20,000 nt of DNA from an uncultured virus (IMG/VR IMGVR_UViG_3300045926_000127) (Duplodnaviria; Heunggongvirae; Uroviricota; Caudoviricetes). The DNA lies in IMG/VR virus record IMGVR_UViG_3300045926_000127; one strand, written 5' to 3'. A program made the position numbers and the translations under genes. Positions 6,496 to 14,486 of this stretch are shown here, piece after piece. The notes beneath the pieces were generated by a model. It was not told the DNA's origin. It saw only the letters and a program-made list of their open reading frames with translations, and did no database searches. The stretch's first letter is position 1. Each line of letters starts with the position of its first letter.

Positions 6496-7215
6496 CTAAC
6501 CAAGCACGTTCCAGAACAGCGCCCGATTCTTGGCGAGCGCCGACGCTAGCTCCCACGCCTTACGATCATAATTCGCGCAGGACGGAAATGGCGCGTGCGA
6601 CCGCGTGGCTTGCTCGAAGCGATAGGCGCAGCGGTGCATCACCACATTGCCACCGAAGGCTTGCGCCTCATGGCGCGAGGCCAGCCCGACCGCGACGGCA
6701 TGCACCGCGGAATCCGGGAACGCCCGGCTCAAGCAGCGCGCCAGCATACCCGAGCCCGCCGCGCACCACACCTCCGGCGGCGAGCCACCGATGGCTTTGC
6801 GGACCTCACGCATGGCCTCGGTGAACGGCTCCTCCGCCTCCGGCACATCGAAGCCGAGCGGCAAGAACAGCGCGCCAGCGCTCGCCGCATAGGCGCGCGC
6901 CTTCGCCTGCACATTGGTCATGTAGCCGGGTGTGACCTCGACGATCTTGGCGCCGTTGCGCTTGGCCGCGATCTGGCGCGCATGCCAGCACGAGCGCTTG
7001 GCATAGAACAGCGTGATGCGCTGGCCGCTCTCCCGGCCGATCACCGAGAGCGCATAAGGCGCGCCGCCACAGAACGGCCCGCCGAATACGACCTCGCTCG
7101 CGCCGCGAACGAGAAACGGCAGGAAGCGCATTTTGCTGCCACCTTCGAGGAGATCGTCCCGCACCACGCGGAGCCGCCCGTGCTCCTCGATCAGCGGAGC
7201 GGCGGGCGCCTTCAT
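6496..7215 (-). CDS. PLP-dependent enzyme, fold type II (ACC deaminase/D-cysteine desulfhydrase/TrpB-like), compact phage version
   Basis: VVRDDLLEGGSKMR (compare KRDDL...GGNKxR, the PLP-lysine motif), GAKIVEV, CAAGSGMLA phosphate-binding loop, NYDRKAW, LFWNV; ATGA overlap with the upstream gene. Confidence 0.82.
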   Translation of the reverse strand: MKAPAAPLIEEHGRLRVVRDDLLEGGSKMRFLPFLVRGASEVVFGGPFCGGAPYALSVIGRESGQRITLFYAKRSCWHARQIAAKRNGAKIVEVTPGYMTNVQAKARAYAASAGALFLPLGFDVPEAEEPFTEAMREVRKAIGGSPPEVWCAAGSGMLARCLSRAFPDSAVHAVAVGLASRHEAQAFGGNVVMHRCAYRFEQATRSHAPFPSCANYDRKAWELASALAKNRALFWNVLG

Positions 7216-8387
7216 GCCGCCGCCCGAATAAGATCACGCACCCTTTCGTTGGCGAAACAGTCGATCACCAGGTGCACGCGGTCCACAGTCGGATCGGTGT
7301 TGCGCACTGCATGCGGCTTGCGCTGGTCGAGATAGCACAGCGCGCCTTGCGGGAGATTCCGCTCGAGCTTATTGCCGCGCGCTCCCCAGCCATAGAACGT
7401 CACCGCCGGGCTGGTGCGTATCGGCACATGCAAGCGCGAGACGAAGCCGTTCGCGGTGCCCGCCTCGCGGTCGGTAATATCCGCGTGCCGCGATAGCTCG
7501 CCGTCCTTTGCACGCAGCCGCATGAAACGCACACGATCAAATTCGAGTTCGCCGAGTTGCCCGAGCGCTGACAGCGTGCTCGGGAATTGCGCCGAGGCGC
7601 GCGTCCAGCGTGGGCGCTCCTTGAGCGCGGCCGGGTGCGCCTCTTTCCATGCCTTCGACATTTCGGCTGGCTTGACGATATCGCCGGGCTCGTCGCTATA
7701 GCCGCGCAAAGCGAAGGAGGTCCACGACTTGCGCTTGTTGTAGTCGCTGTAGTGCTGCGCGAACGCCTCCTCGCCATAAGCGTCGAGTTCGCCGTTGATC
7801 TCCGCCAGCGCTTGCGCGCTTAGGAAAACGCGGTCGAGCACCGCGAGCGTCACGGTATCCTCCGGCGCTTGCTCGGCGAGCAGCGGCGCCTTGAAGCCAT
7901 GGGTGTAGAGCCCCTTGATCTCCGAACCCGCCGATATCTTTGTGCCCGCATAGCGCAAGCCCGAGGCCAGCACCGCCGCCTTGGCGATATCGTCCTCCTC
8001 GAATATCTCGAACAGCACCGGGTGGCCTTTCGCCTTGCTGACCAGCGCCGACGCCACCTTGTGGGCGCTCTCCGCATCGCGCGCCGCGAAGGCTTTCACC
8101 ACAACCGTCATGGACGGCACATGGAAAGGCCGCTGCGCGAAGTCCTGTTGCTCGCTCGCTTGCTTCGTCACCATGAAGATCGCCACCGCTCGCGGCGGCT
8201 CGCCGGTCCAGAGCACGCGCGCTTGCGCGAGCGCCTCCGCGATGTCGCGCTCCTTGGTCAAGCCGAAGGCGCCGAACACCAGCGACTTGTGCCGCTCCTT
8301 GAACGGCGCCGCCAGCGCCTTGAGCCATTCGAGCGTGAAGCCTCGCTGCCATTCGGCAAGCTGGTCGCCGAGCACCGCCTCCGTCAT
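7212..8387 (-). CDS. Fusion of an N-terminal GNAT-like domain and a C-terminal AspH-family 2OG-Fe(II) dioxygenase
   Basis: C-terminal half: RVRFMRL...HAD (HxD)...RLHVPI...KPHAVRN (distal His)...DRVHLVID (2OG-binding Arg). N-terminal half: VLFEIFEEDDIAKAAVLASGLRYAG resembles the GNAT motif B region (weaker call). Confidence 0.78.
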   Translation of the reverse strand: MTEAVLGDQLAEWQRGFTLEWLKALAAPFKERHKSLVFGAFGLTKERDIAEALAQARVLWTGEPPRAVAIFMVTKQASEQQDFAQRPFHVPSMTVVVKAFAARDAESAHKVASALVSKAKGHPVLFEIFEEDDIAKAAVLASGLRYAGTKISAGSEIKGLYTHGFKAPLLAEQAPEDTVTLAVLDRVFLSAQALAEINGELDAYGEEAFAQHYSDYNKRKSWTSFALRGYSDEPGDIVKPAEMSKAWKEAHPAALKERPRWTRASAQFPSTLSALGQLGELEFDRVRFMRLRAKDGELSRHADITDREAGTANGFVSRLHVPIRTSPAVTFYGWGARGNKLERNLPQGALCYLDQRKPHAVRNTDPTVDRVHLVIDCFANERVRDLIRAAA

Positions 8388-9406
8388 ACCGCGCCTCCTT
8401 GCATCATGAGGATCGCCGGATGCTCCGGCTCGCCCGTGCCCATTTCGACCGGGCCGATATTATCCGCCGCCTTGCGCGGGTCGCCCTTCGCGAAGATCAA
8501 GACATTCTGATGCGTCTTACCCAGCTTGCGCGAAGTCTCGAATTGCTTGCGCACGCGGAACGGCAACGACCCGGCGGCTGTGACGAGGATCGCCTCGTTG
8601 TAAAGCTTGAGCCCGGCCGCCTTGAAAGCGACGCATGTATGCTCCGGTATCCCGTAATAGAAGCCGTCGGCGTCGCGCGCATCGCCGACCACGAAGCATG
8701 CGAAACGATCGTCGCGCAATTGCGCGCAAGCGTTGGCAATGATTTGCCCGAGCACTTCGCGAAACCGCGGATACTCCATGGTGCTGATATCGCGCGGGTC
8801 GTCGCTGTAGACTTCAAGATCCGCATAGGGCGGGCATGAGAACACGAAGTCGGCGCGGGCATTCTTCGTAAGGGCCTTTAGATGAAGGCTGTCGCCGCTT
8901 ATCCACTCGGGCTGATGCTTCTCCTCGCCGCAGATTACCCGCGCTTGGCGCCGGTTAGCTTCACATTGCTCCTCGCGGAGATCGACACCGAGATAGCGGC
9001 GACCAAGCTTGCTCGCGACAATGCCGCGCACGGAGCCGCCAGCGAAGGGATCGAGGACCAGCCCGCCGGGCGGACTAAACCAGCGGCACATAAGTTCACA
9101 CAGCACTGGATCAAAGATCGACGTGCCCGAGGCGCTCGCTGTGGTTTGCGGGTCGCTTCCGTCATACGGGTGGATTGTCGTGCCGAGCGCGAGCCCACCG
9201 TTAAGTGATGCGCTTTGCTGTAGCCGCGCTCGATTGCGCGCCATCTCTTCGTTCTTCTGCTGCCAGATTCCGCCGCCGCCGCCCGCTGGCTTGGCGTTCG
9301 CTTGGCGGCTCCGCTTCTTGCCCTTCTTCGGCTCGACGTTGAAAAACGTCGCGCCCTTCTTACGCGGGCCGAGCGTTTTGTGTTTTGTCTTTAGTCCTTT
9401 TGGCAT
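8384..9406 (-). CDS. Phage DNA amino-methyltransferase (N4C/N6A-type catalytic domain)
   Basis: GTSIFDPVLCE, VLDPFAGGSVRG (motif I), GVDL, FSCPPY (motif IV), KTHQNVLIF; Lys/Gly-rich N-terminal linker. Confidence 0.9.
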   Translation of the reverse strand: MPKGLKTKHKTLGPRKKGATFFNVEPKKGKKRSRQANAKPAGGGGGIWQQKNEEMARNRARLQQSASLNGGLALGTTIHPYDGSDPQTTASASGTSIFDPVLCELMCRWFSPPGGLVLDPFAGGSVRGIVASKLGRRYLGVDLREEQCEANRRQARVICGEEKHQPEWISGDSLHLKALTKNARADFVFSCPPYADLEVYSDDPRDISTMEYPRFREVLGQIIANACAQLRDDRFACFVVGDARDADGFYYGIPEHTCVAFKAAGLKLYNEAILVTAAGSLPFRVRKQFETSRKLGKTHQNVLIFAKGDPRKAADNIGPVEMGTGEPEHPAILMMQGGAV

Positions 9407-10076
9407 GGCGCTTGAACCGCTCGTTGTAGGCTTCGCCGTCGAGCCTCACGCTATCGGAAAACTTCAAGAGGTTTTCGCCGCGCCCTAGCTCGCTCTGAAT
9501 GCCGAGCGCGAGCCATGCGCGCTTGCGATCTTGCCACCAGCCGTCGCGCGCATTGAACACCGAGAAGGGCACGCCGCCGAAACTCTCCGCCAGCTTCTTG
9601 CGCGCTTGCTCGGGCGTCACCGGCTCGGCCGGGTCTTGGCTGTGCCCAGCAACGAAGGCGGCGAGCGCTTGCTCGGTGAAGCCGAGCGCCATCATGTCGA
9701 ACTCGGCCAGCGCCAGCTTGCCGAGCTCGGCGCTCAACATCGGAATGTCCCAGTCGCTCATCAACGCATACTGGTTGTCGATAATGCGGTAGCTGGACTT
9801 CTCCTCCTCCGACCAACCCTCGGCAATACACACCGGAACCGACTTGAGCCCGAGGCGCTGCGCGGCGAGGAATCGGCCGTGCCCATAGATCAGCACGCCT
9901 AGCTCGTCGGCGAGGAGCGGCGAGGCAAAGCCGTAGCGCGCAATGCTCTCGGCGATCTTGCCGACTTGCTCCTCGCTGTGCGCGCGCGGGTTCTTGTCGT
10001 AGGGCGTGAGGCTTTCGAGCGGGCGCCGCTCGACCTTGTCGGCGGGCCAAGGCCGCAATTCAGTGGCCGTGCTCAT
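9360..10076 (-). CDS. ParB/Srx-like N-terminal domain protein carrying the N-terminal part of the methyltransferase module
   Basis: LTPYDKNPRAH, SIARYGF, IYGHGRFLAA, IIDNQ motifs; C-terminal FGGVPFSVFNARDGWWQDRKRAWLALGIQSELGR; GGAG RBS before ATG 10076. Confidence 0.88.
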   Translation of the reverse strand: MSTATELRPWPADKVERRPLESLTPYDKNPRAHSEEQVGKIAESIARYGFASPLLADELGVLIYGHGRFLAAQRLGLKSVPVCIAEGWSEEEKSSYRIIDNQYALMSDWDIPMLSAELGKLALAEFDMMALGFTEQALAAFVAGHSQDPAEPVTPEQARKKLAESFGGVPFSVFNARDGWWQDRKRAWLALGIQSELGRGENLLKFSDSVRLDGEAYNERFKRHAKRTKDKTQNARPA

Positions 10077-10099
10077 GAGCGGTGCTCCGAGGAGAAGGC

Positions 10100-10250
10100 G
10101 GGAGAGCAGAAGCGCTGGTGGCAGGCCAACATGCCGGGTGACGTGCTGGCGGGGTTTGCTAGCGGCACTTCGGCAGCGCTCCAAGGCTCCAGAAGGAGGG
10201 GACCCCGTAAGATCGACCTCTTAACATTCCTCAAAGCGCTGTGCTCTCCC
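10100..10250. ncRNA. Candidate structured RNA/leader element
   Basis: Long-range stem GGGAGAGCA-ga-AGCGCT (10100-10116) with AGCGCT-g-TGCTCTCCC (10235-10250); nested CGGGGT/ACCCCG stem and CTCC-agaa-GGAG hairpin. Confidence 0.35.
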
Positions 10251-10268
10251 ACGGCGAAGCTTGCCATG

Positions 10269-10736
10269 TCAGCCGCCCTTACGCAAATGCGCCGCCGCCG
10301 CGTCGCCCCGCAACTCGACGCTGTGGCAACCGCTCCCGAAACAGTCGGTGCATATGCCGGTAATTTTCGAGCGGCGATCATGGATCGGCCCGTCATAGCT
10401 ATAGCCGAGCCCGTCGCACATTTCGCATATCAGCAAGCCGTAGCGCTTCTCCGCTTGCATGCGCCGGGCGGCCGAACGGAGGAGCCACGCTTGCAAGCGC
10501 AAGACGCAGCGCCAGCACGCGCAATGCGCGCCGTGCGCCTTGCCGCCGTCGAGCAATGCGTCGGCCTCGGGCCGCGAGAGCCCGGCTCCGATCAGCGCTT
10601 CCTTGATATGCCGCACCGCTTGCGGATCGCGGCGCCGGAGCCAGCGCACAAGGCTGGCGTGCTCATAGAGAACGCCCGGTCCCCACGCTTCTAGTGCCAA
10701 CAGGATTCGCTCACGCGCGAGGAGCGCCCGGCTCAT
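10269..10736 (-). CDS. Hypothetical protein with DnaJ-like CxxCxGxG zinc finger
   Basis: CEMCDGLG and CTDCFGSG motifs plus HCACWRC; TGATG coupling at 10736. Confidence 0.7.
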   Translation of the reverse strand: MSRALLARERILLALEAWGPGVLYEHASLVRWLRRRDPQAVRHIKEALIGAGLSRPEADALLDGGKAHGAHCACWRCVLRLQAWLLRSAARRMQAEKRYGLLICEMCDGLGYSYDGPIHDRRSKITGICTDCFGSGCHSVELRGDAAAAHLRKGG

Positions 10737-10813
10737 CACCAGCCGAAATAGATCGCGAGCGCGCCGAGCGAGAGCGCGAAGATCAGCGACAATTGAAACT
10801 CGCGCACCGTCAT
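10736..10813 (-). CDS. 25-aa single-TM microprotein
   Basis: MTVREFQLSLIFALSLGALAIYFGW; ATGA overlap upstream and TGATG overlap downstream. Confidence 0.6.
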   Translation of the reverse strand: MTVREFQLSLIFALSLGALAIYFGW

Positions 10814-11007
10814 AACGGTAGGCACTCCTTCGCTTGAACCTCGTAGTCGTGGACAATGGCCTCCATGAGCCTTAGCTCGCGGTCGGCTTGCTCTTGTCGC
10901 ATGGTGCCCATGCTGACCCACTTTGGGTAATGCTTGCGCCGCAGCTTTAGCTCGCGCCGGGCACATTCCAGCTTTTTGTGCGCGGTGATCTCCTCGCCTG
11001 CTGACAT
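10810..11007 (-). CDS. Conserved phage hypothetical protein, 65 aa
   Basis: AAGGAG RBS; CARRELKLRRKHYPKWV...ADRE pattern recalled from proteobacterial phages. Confidence 0.8.
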   Translation of the reverse strand: MSAGEEITAHKKLECARRELKLRRKHYPKWVSMGTMRQEQADRELRLMEAIVHDYEVQAKECLPL

Positions 11008-11059
11008 GCTGTTCTCCTTCGCTTGCTCAAATTAAACCTCCCCAACCTTTGCACCGTCA

Positions 11060-11251
11060 TCATCCCCATGGCGGCCGACCTTTGCTTTCGCTCGCGGCCT
11101 CGATCTTGTCGATCAGTTCCTCGGCCGTATCGCGTACCGTCAAAATGGTGCCTGCAGAAGTGAAGATCGTAACCGGCACGCCGCCGAACGAAATGATATG
11201 GTCGACATTGACCCAGCGCGCATGGCCGTCCTTCATGGTGACTTTTATCAT
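11060..11251 (-). CDS. FlbD/SwrD-like small protein
   Basis: MIKVTMKDG...VNVDHI...TIFTSAGTILTVRDTAEELIDKI matches the FlbD-family pattern. Confidence 0.65.
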   Translation of the reverse strand: MIKVTMKDGHARWVNVDHIISFGGVPVTIFTSAGTILTVRDTAEELIDKIEAASESKGRPPWG

Positions 11252-11259
11252 CCGCCCGT

Positions 11260-11604
11260 CTAAGTCTGCTTGCGCAAATAGCCGCCGAAGTCGATCTGCG
11301 ATACATGCGTGCCGGAAAGCGCGAGCCACAACGATGCGGTGCCATCGAACTTGACGGCGTCGCCGAGGCTAAGGTCGAGCGACCCACCCCCGCACTTGAA
11401 CAGCAAGCCGTCGCGCGCCGCGCTGACGCCGCGCATCGTGCCGTCAATGAAGCACGTCAAGCGCCCGGCCGACCATTCCATGCTGACATGATGCTGGCCC
11501 GGCGAGACGCGATAAGTGCGAAGCCAGTCGAGGCTCCGCACCGGCATCAATGAGCACGCCGCGACCACCGCTGGCGCCGCCAACAAACCCCTGCGCGTGA
11601 TCAT
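11260..11604 (-). CDS. Hypothetical protein with a twin-arginine-like N-terminus
   Basis: MITRRGLLAAPAVVAACSLMPV; GGAGGAG RBS; ATGA overlap. Confidence 0.7.
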   Translation of the reverse strand: MITRRGLLAAPAVVAACSLMPVRSLDWLRTYRVSPGQHHVSMEWSAGRLTCFIDGTMRGVSAARDGLLFKCGGGSLDLSLGDAVKFDGTASLWLALSGTHVSQIDFGGYLRKQT

Positions 11605-11789
11605 GCGGCCCGCTCCTCCTCCTCCGCGCTCGCGGCGAGCGCCTTGCGCGCCTCCTCGATGACGCGCTCATGAAAGGCGAAAAAATATTTGCGGTGATCG
11701 GGCGCGCGCACGTCCTCCTCGACGAGCCCCCGATCCGACGCCTTGCTCATGGCCGCAATGCCTTCGACGAACTTGCGGAGCGCGCTCAT
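11601..11789 (-). CDS. Hypothetical protein, 62 aa
   Basis: ATGA-coupled on both sides. Confidence 0.65.
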   Translation of the reverse strand: MSALRKFVEGIAAMSKASDRGLVEEDVRAPDHRKYFFAFHERVIEEARKALAASAEEEERAA

Positions 11790-11881
11790 CGGTATCGCCC
11801 CGCGCGCAAGCCGGAGAGCATGCCGAATACCAAGCCGAGCACCGGCACGGCGAAGATCAAAAAAATGAGCCACTCATCCAT
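11786..11881 (-). CDS. 31-aa single-TM microprotein (absent from ORF track)
   Basis: MDEWLIFLIFAVPVLGLVFGMLSGLRAGRYR; GAGGAG RBS; stop overlaps the next ATG. Confidence 0.62.
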   Translation of the reverse strand: MDEWLIFLIFAVPVLGLVFGMLSGLRAGRYR

Positions 11882-12077
11882 TGGTCGCTGTCTCCTCTAC
11901 TAGCTCCAAGTCCAAGTCGATTTGCTCCATGCTCTCGCGCACGGTGATGACCGAGCCATCAACGAGCGCGATGCGCGTGGCGGACGTTTGCCCACTTCGT
12001 TCGAGAAAAATTATCGCCGAAGTTGTGACGATCACCGGGCCGCCGCTGGCGAGCGTCAGGTGGATTCGCTTTCTCAT
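11874..12077 (-). CDS. FlbD/SwrD-like small protein (second copy)
   Basis: IHLTLASG...TRIALVDGSVITVRESMEQI; ATGA overlap with helicase; GGAGG RBS. Confidence 0.65.
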   Translation of the reverse strand: MRKRIHLTLASGGPVIVTTSAIIFLERSGQTSATRIALVDGSVITVRESMEQIDLDLELVEETATNG

Positions 12078-13702
12078 TTGAAGTCCTCCAAATCCTCCTC
12101 GGAGCAAAGCGTGCCGGGCACCAGTCCATTTCGTTCGGCGTTATTGCGTGGGGCGACTGGTGCCCGTATGGCGCGCATCACCTCGCTTTCGGCCGCTTGG
12201 TTAGCTCTCGATCTGCTCTCGGCGATCCAGCGCGACCGCAGCCATTGTCCAGTCGCCGGGCTCATGTTCATAATTGGCGCCACATCCTTGTTCACGGGCC
12301 AGTGCTCTAGCCGCTCCTTGAATTTGTGCGCCGCCCAGCCCTCCTTGTATCCCTTCATGATCGCGTAGCCCTTTAGCTCCGCGTAGAAAATCGCCTTCTC
12401 GGCTGGCGTAAACTCCTTTTGCCGCCTGCCCTTCTCGTCATATTTGCCGCGCTTCGCTTTGCCTTGGAACGCGGCTAGCTCCGCGCCGGTAAATTCCTTC
12501 GGCGGCGGCGGCGGCTTGGTCCTAAAGCCGCAGTTGGGGCACTCGACGACGCTATAGCCTTTGACAAATTTGCACTTCGGACAAACGCGCGGCAATTGCA
12601 CCGTCGCTGGCGCGCTCACGGCGAAGCGCCCGCCATGCAAGCCGTCATGGACAATTTGCCAAGCGAAGCCGAGCCGGGTGTGCGTATCGCTATGGTCAAG
12701 CACGAGGAGCCGCTCCTTGCCCTTCGATATGCGGAGCCCGCGCCCGATATTTTGCACGAACCTGATCTCGCTTTTCGTCGGCCGCGCATAGCTGATGACC
12801 TCGATCTCGGGCCAGTCAATGCCGACGCCGATCACATCGACATTGCACACGACCTCGACGGCGCGGCTCTTGAATTGCTCGTAGAGTTCCGCCCGCTCAT
12901 TGAGCGGCGTGCGGCAGTCCATATAGCCAGTGCGCACGCCCGCCTCGATAAAGCGCGCTTGCAATGCCTTCGCATGGTTGCGATCCACCGCGAAGCATAT
13001 GGTCGGCTTACGCTCCGCCTTCGCCAGCCACGTTTGCACGATATCCGCGACCAGCTTGCTTTGGTTCATGGCCTCGGCGAGATCGGTTTGCACGAACTCT
13101 CCGCCGACGCTCCGCACGTCCTTGAGGTCGGGCGAGGTCGGCGCGAACACCACGCCCGGCGAGAGCACGCCGCGCTTCATCAAATCCTCGGCGCACACCG
13201 TTTGCACCAGCGTTTGATAGACCCGCGCGAGCCCGCGCGACCATGGCGTCGCGCTCAAGCCGATTTGTGGAACGCTCCGCCATTCGGGGTCGGTCATCCA
13301 GCGAATGTCGAATTTGAAAAGCTTGTGCGCCTCGTCGCGGATTACAACATCGGCTCGCGGAATGAAGTCGCGCGACTCGAGCGTTTGCACCGAGCAAATC
13401 TGGATCGGCTTGAGTGCATCGGCGCCGTCGCCGCGCTTGCCTTGCACGATGCCGATCTCGTTGGCGCTCAAGCCTTCGCGCAAGAAGGCGTCCCGCGTTT
13501 GGTCAATAAGACTGATGCTACTCACCTCAAAAATCAGTCGCTTGGATTTTGCCCGCGCGCCGAGCGCAATGTGCGCCGCGATCAGCGTCTTACCGGCGCC
13601 GGTCGGGCTCGTGAGCATGATCCTCCGATATCCCTCCGCCAGCTTCTCCCTCGTCTGTTGCAGCATTGCGGATTGGTAGTCGCGCATCGAAGAGGCTACC
13701 AT
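12074..13702 (-). CDS. SF2 DEAH-box helicase with C-terminal zinc ribbon (RadD/YejH-like phage replication helicase)
   Basis: SPTGAGKT, DEAH, SAT, GIDWP, QNIGRGLR; CPKC...CPNC; GYKEGWA tail. Confidence 0.95.
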   Translation of the reverse strand: MVASSMRDYQSAMLQQTREKLAEGYRRIMLTSPTGAGKTLIAAHIALGARAKSKRLIFEVSSISLIDQTRDAFLREGLSANEIGIVQGKRGDGADALKPIQICSVQTLESRDFIPRADVVIRDEAHKLFKFDIRWMTDPEWRSVPQIGLSATPWSRGLARVYQTLVQTVCAEDLMKRGVLSPGVVFAPTSPDLKDVRSVGGEFVQTDLAEAMNQSKLVADIVQTWLAKAERKPTICFAVDRNHAKALQARFIEAGVRTGYMDCRTPLNERAELYEQFKSRAVEVVCNVDVIGVGIDWPEIEVISYARPTKSEIRFVQNIGRGLRISKGKERLLVLDHSDTHTRLGFAWQIVHDGLHGGRFAVSAPATVQLPRVCPKCKFVKGYSVVECPNCGFRTKPPPPPKEFTGAELAAFQGKAKRGKYDEKGRRQKEFTPAEKAIFYAELKGYAIMKGYKEGWAAHKFKERLEHWPVNKDVAPIMNMSPATGQWLRSRWIAESRSRANQAAESEVMRAIRAPVAPRNNAERNGLVPGTLCSEEDLEDFK

Positions 13703-14486
13703 AATCGTCTCCCTGCTCCTTTTTCCGTTGGCTTGCTAAAGTCTGATTCCTTTGACCGACATCGACATGAGGCGTGGTGGGCTCCGGCTCGCCACGCCTT
13801 CGATGCTCCTCCACTTGCTTTCGCGGTAGATGGGCGAAACAGAAATGCCGGTCGCCGAAGCCGAAGGCGGCCACCTTTCCGCACGAATACGCTTCGCAAA
13901 TATATTCCGCGAGCCGCCGAGGCGCGGAGGTAATGCGCTCGGCAAGCACCGCGTCATTCTCGCCCGGCCATATCAGCGAATCGAAATGCACGTCGCCGTC
14001 GCGCATGGCTTGCAAAGGCACAACGCGGCAACGCGAGCGGTTGCGCTGCTCGGTGAACGTCGCCGGGAATTCCTCGACATGGCGAACGAACCAGCTTCGC
14101 AGCCGCTGGAAATTGAACAGGTATCCGCGCGCCGCCTCGCCGAGCGCGCAATGGACATACAGCAGCAAGTCATAGTCGCCGGTCCACATCCAGCCGTTCC
14201 GCTCATATCCTTCGACCACGCATGATTCGGTTTCGAGCGTGAGCGCAGTGTAAGGATCGTGCGGGTTGCGATGGCGCGGACGGACGATTTTCTCTTCGAT
14301 GCCGATCACGTCTCCGCTATGCCGCCAGACCAGCGTATCGCCGCGCGTTTGCTCCGGCCCGACCTCCTTCTTCGACTTGCGATATGCCTTGATGAGCCCG
14401 GCGCGGAATATCCGCTCGTAGATCGGCGCGAGGAGCCGCGCCCGCTGTTCCTCTTGCCATTCATCGTCGCGCTGGAATTGGCTCAT
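13590..14486 (-). CDS. Putative PD-(D/E)xK restriction-endonuclease-like protein with a C-terminal Cys/His finger
   Basis: QTRGDTLV...IGIEEKIVR...LETES...GWMW...DLLLY pattern; C-terminal CEAYSC...FC.AH; ATGA overlap with the MT-A70 gene. Confidence 0.6.
   Translation of the reverse strand: MSQFQRDDEWQEEQRARLLAPIYERIFRAGLIKAYRKSKKEVGPEQTRGDTLVWRHSGDVIGIEEKIVRPRHRNPHDPYTALTLETESCVVEGYERNGWMWTGDYDLLLYVHCALGEAARGYLFNFQRLRSWFVRHVEEFPATFTEQRNRSRCRVVPLQAMRDGDVHFDSLIWPGENDAVLAERITSAPRRLAEYICEAYSCGKVAAFGFGDRHFCFAHLPRKQVEEHRRRGEPEPTTPHVDVGQRNQTLASQRKKEQGDDYGSLFDARLPIRNAATDEGEAGGGISEDHAHEPDRRR

Noticed and set aside
6496..7215. Auxiliary metabolic gene (true ACC deaminase or cysteine synthase)
   Set aside because: Much shorter (239 aa) than the metabolic enzymes and translationally coupled to the MTase/dioxygenase genes, so a modification role is more parsimonious
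11260..11604. Tat-exported enzyme
   Set aside because: RRGLL-type N-termini are common in small phage ORFs, the hydrophobic region is short and no catalytic domain is recognisable
12596..13933. 445-aa plus-strand ORF
   Set aside because: Antisense shadow of the helicase in high-GC DNA
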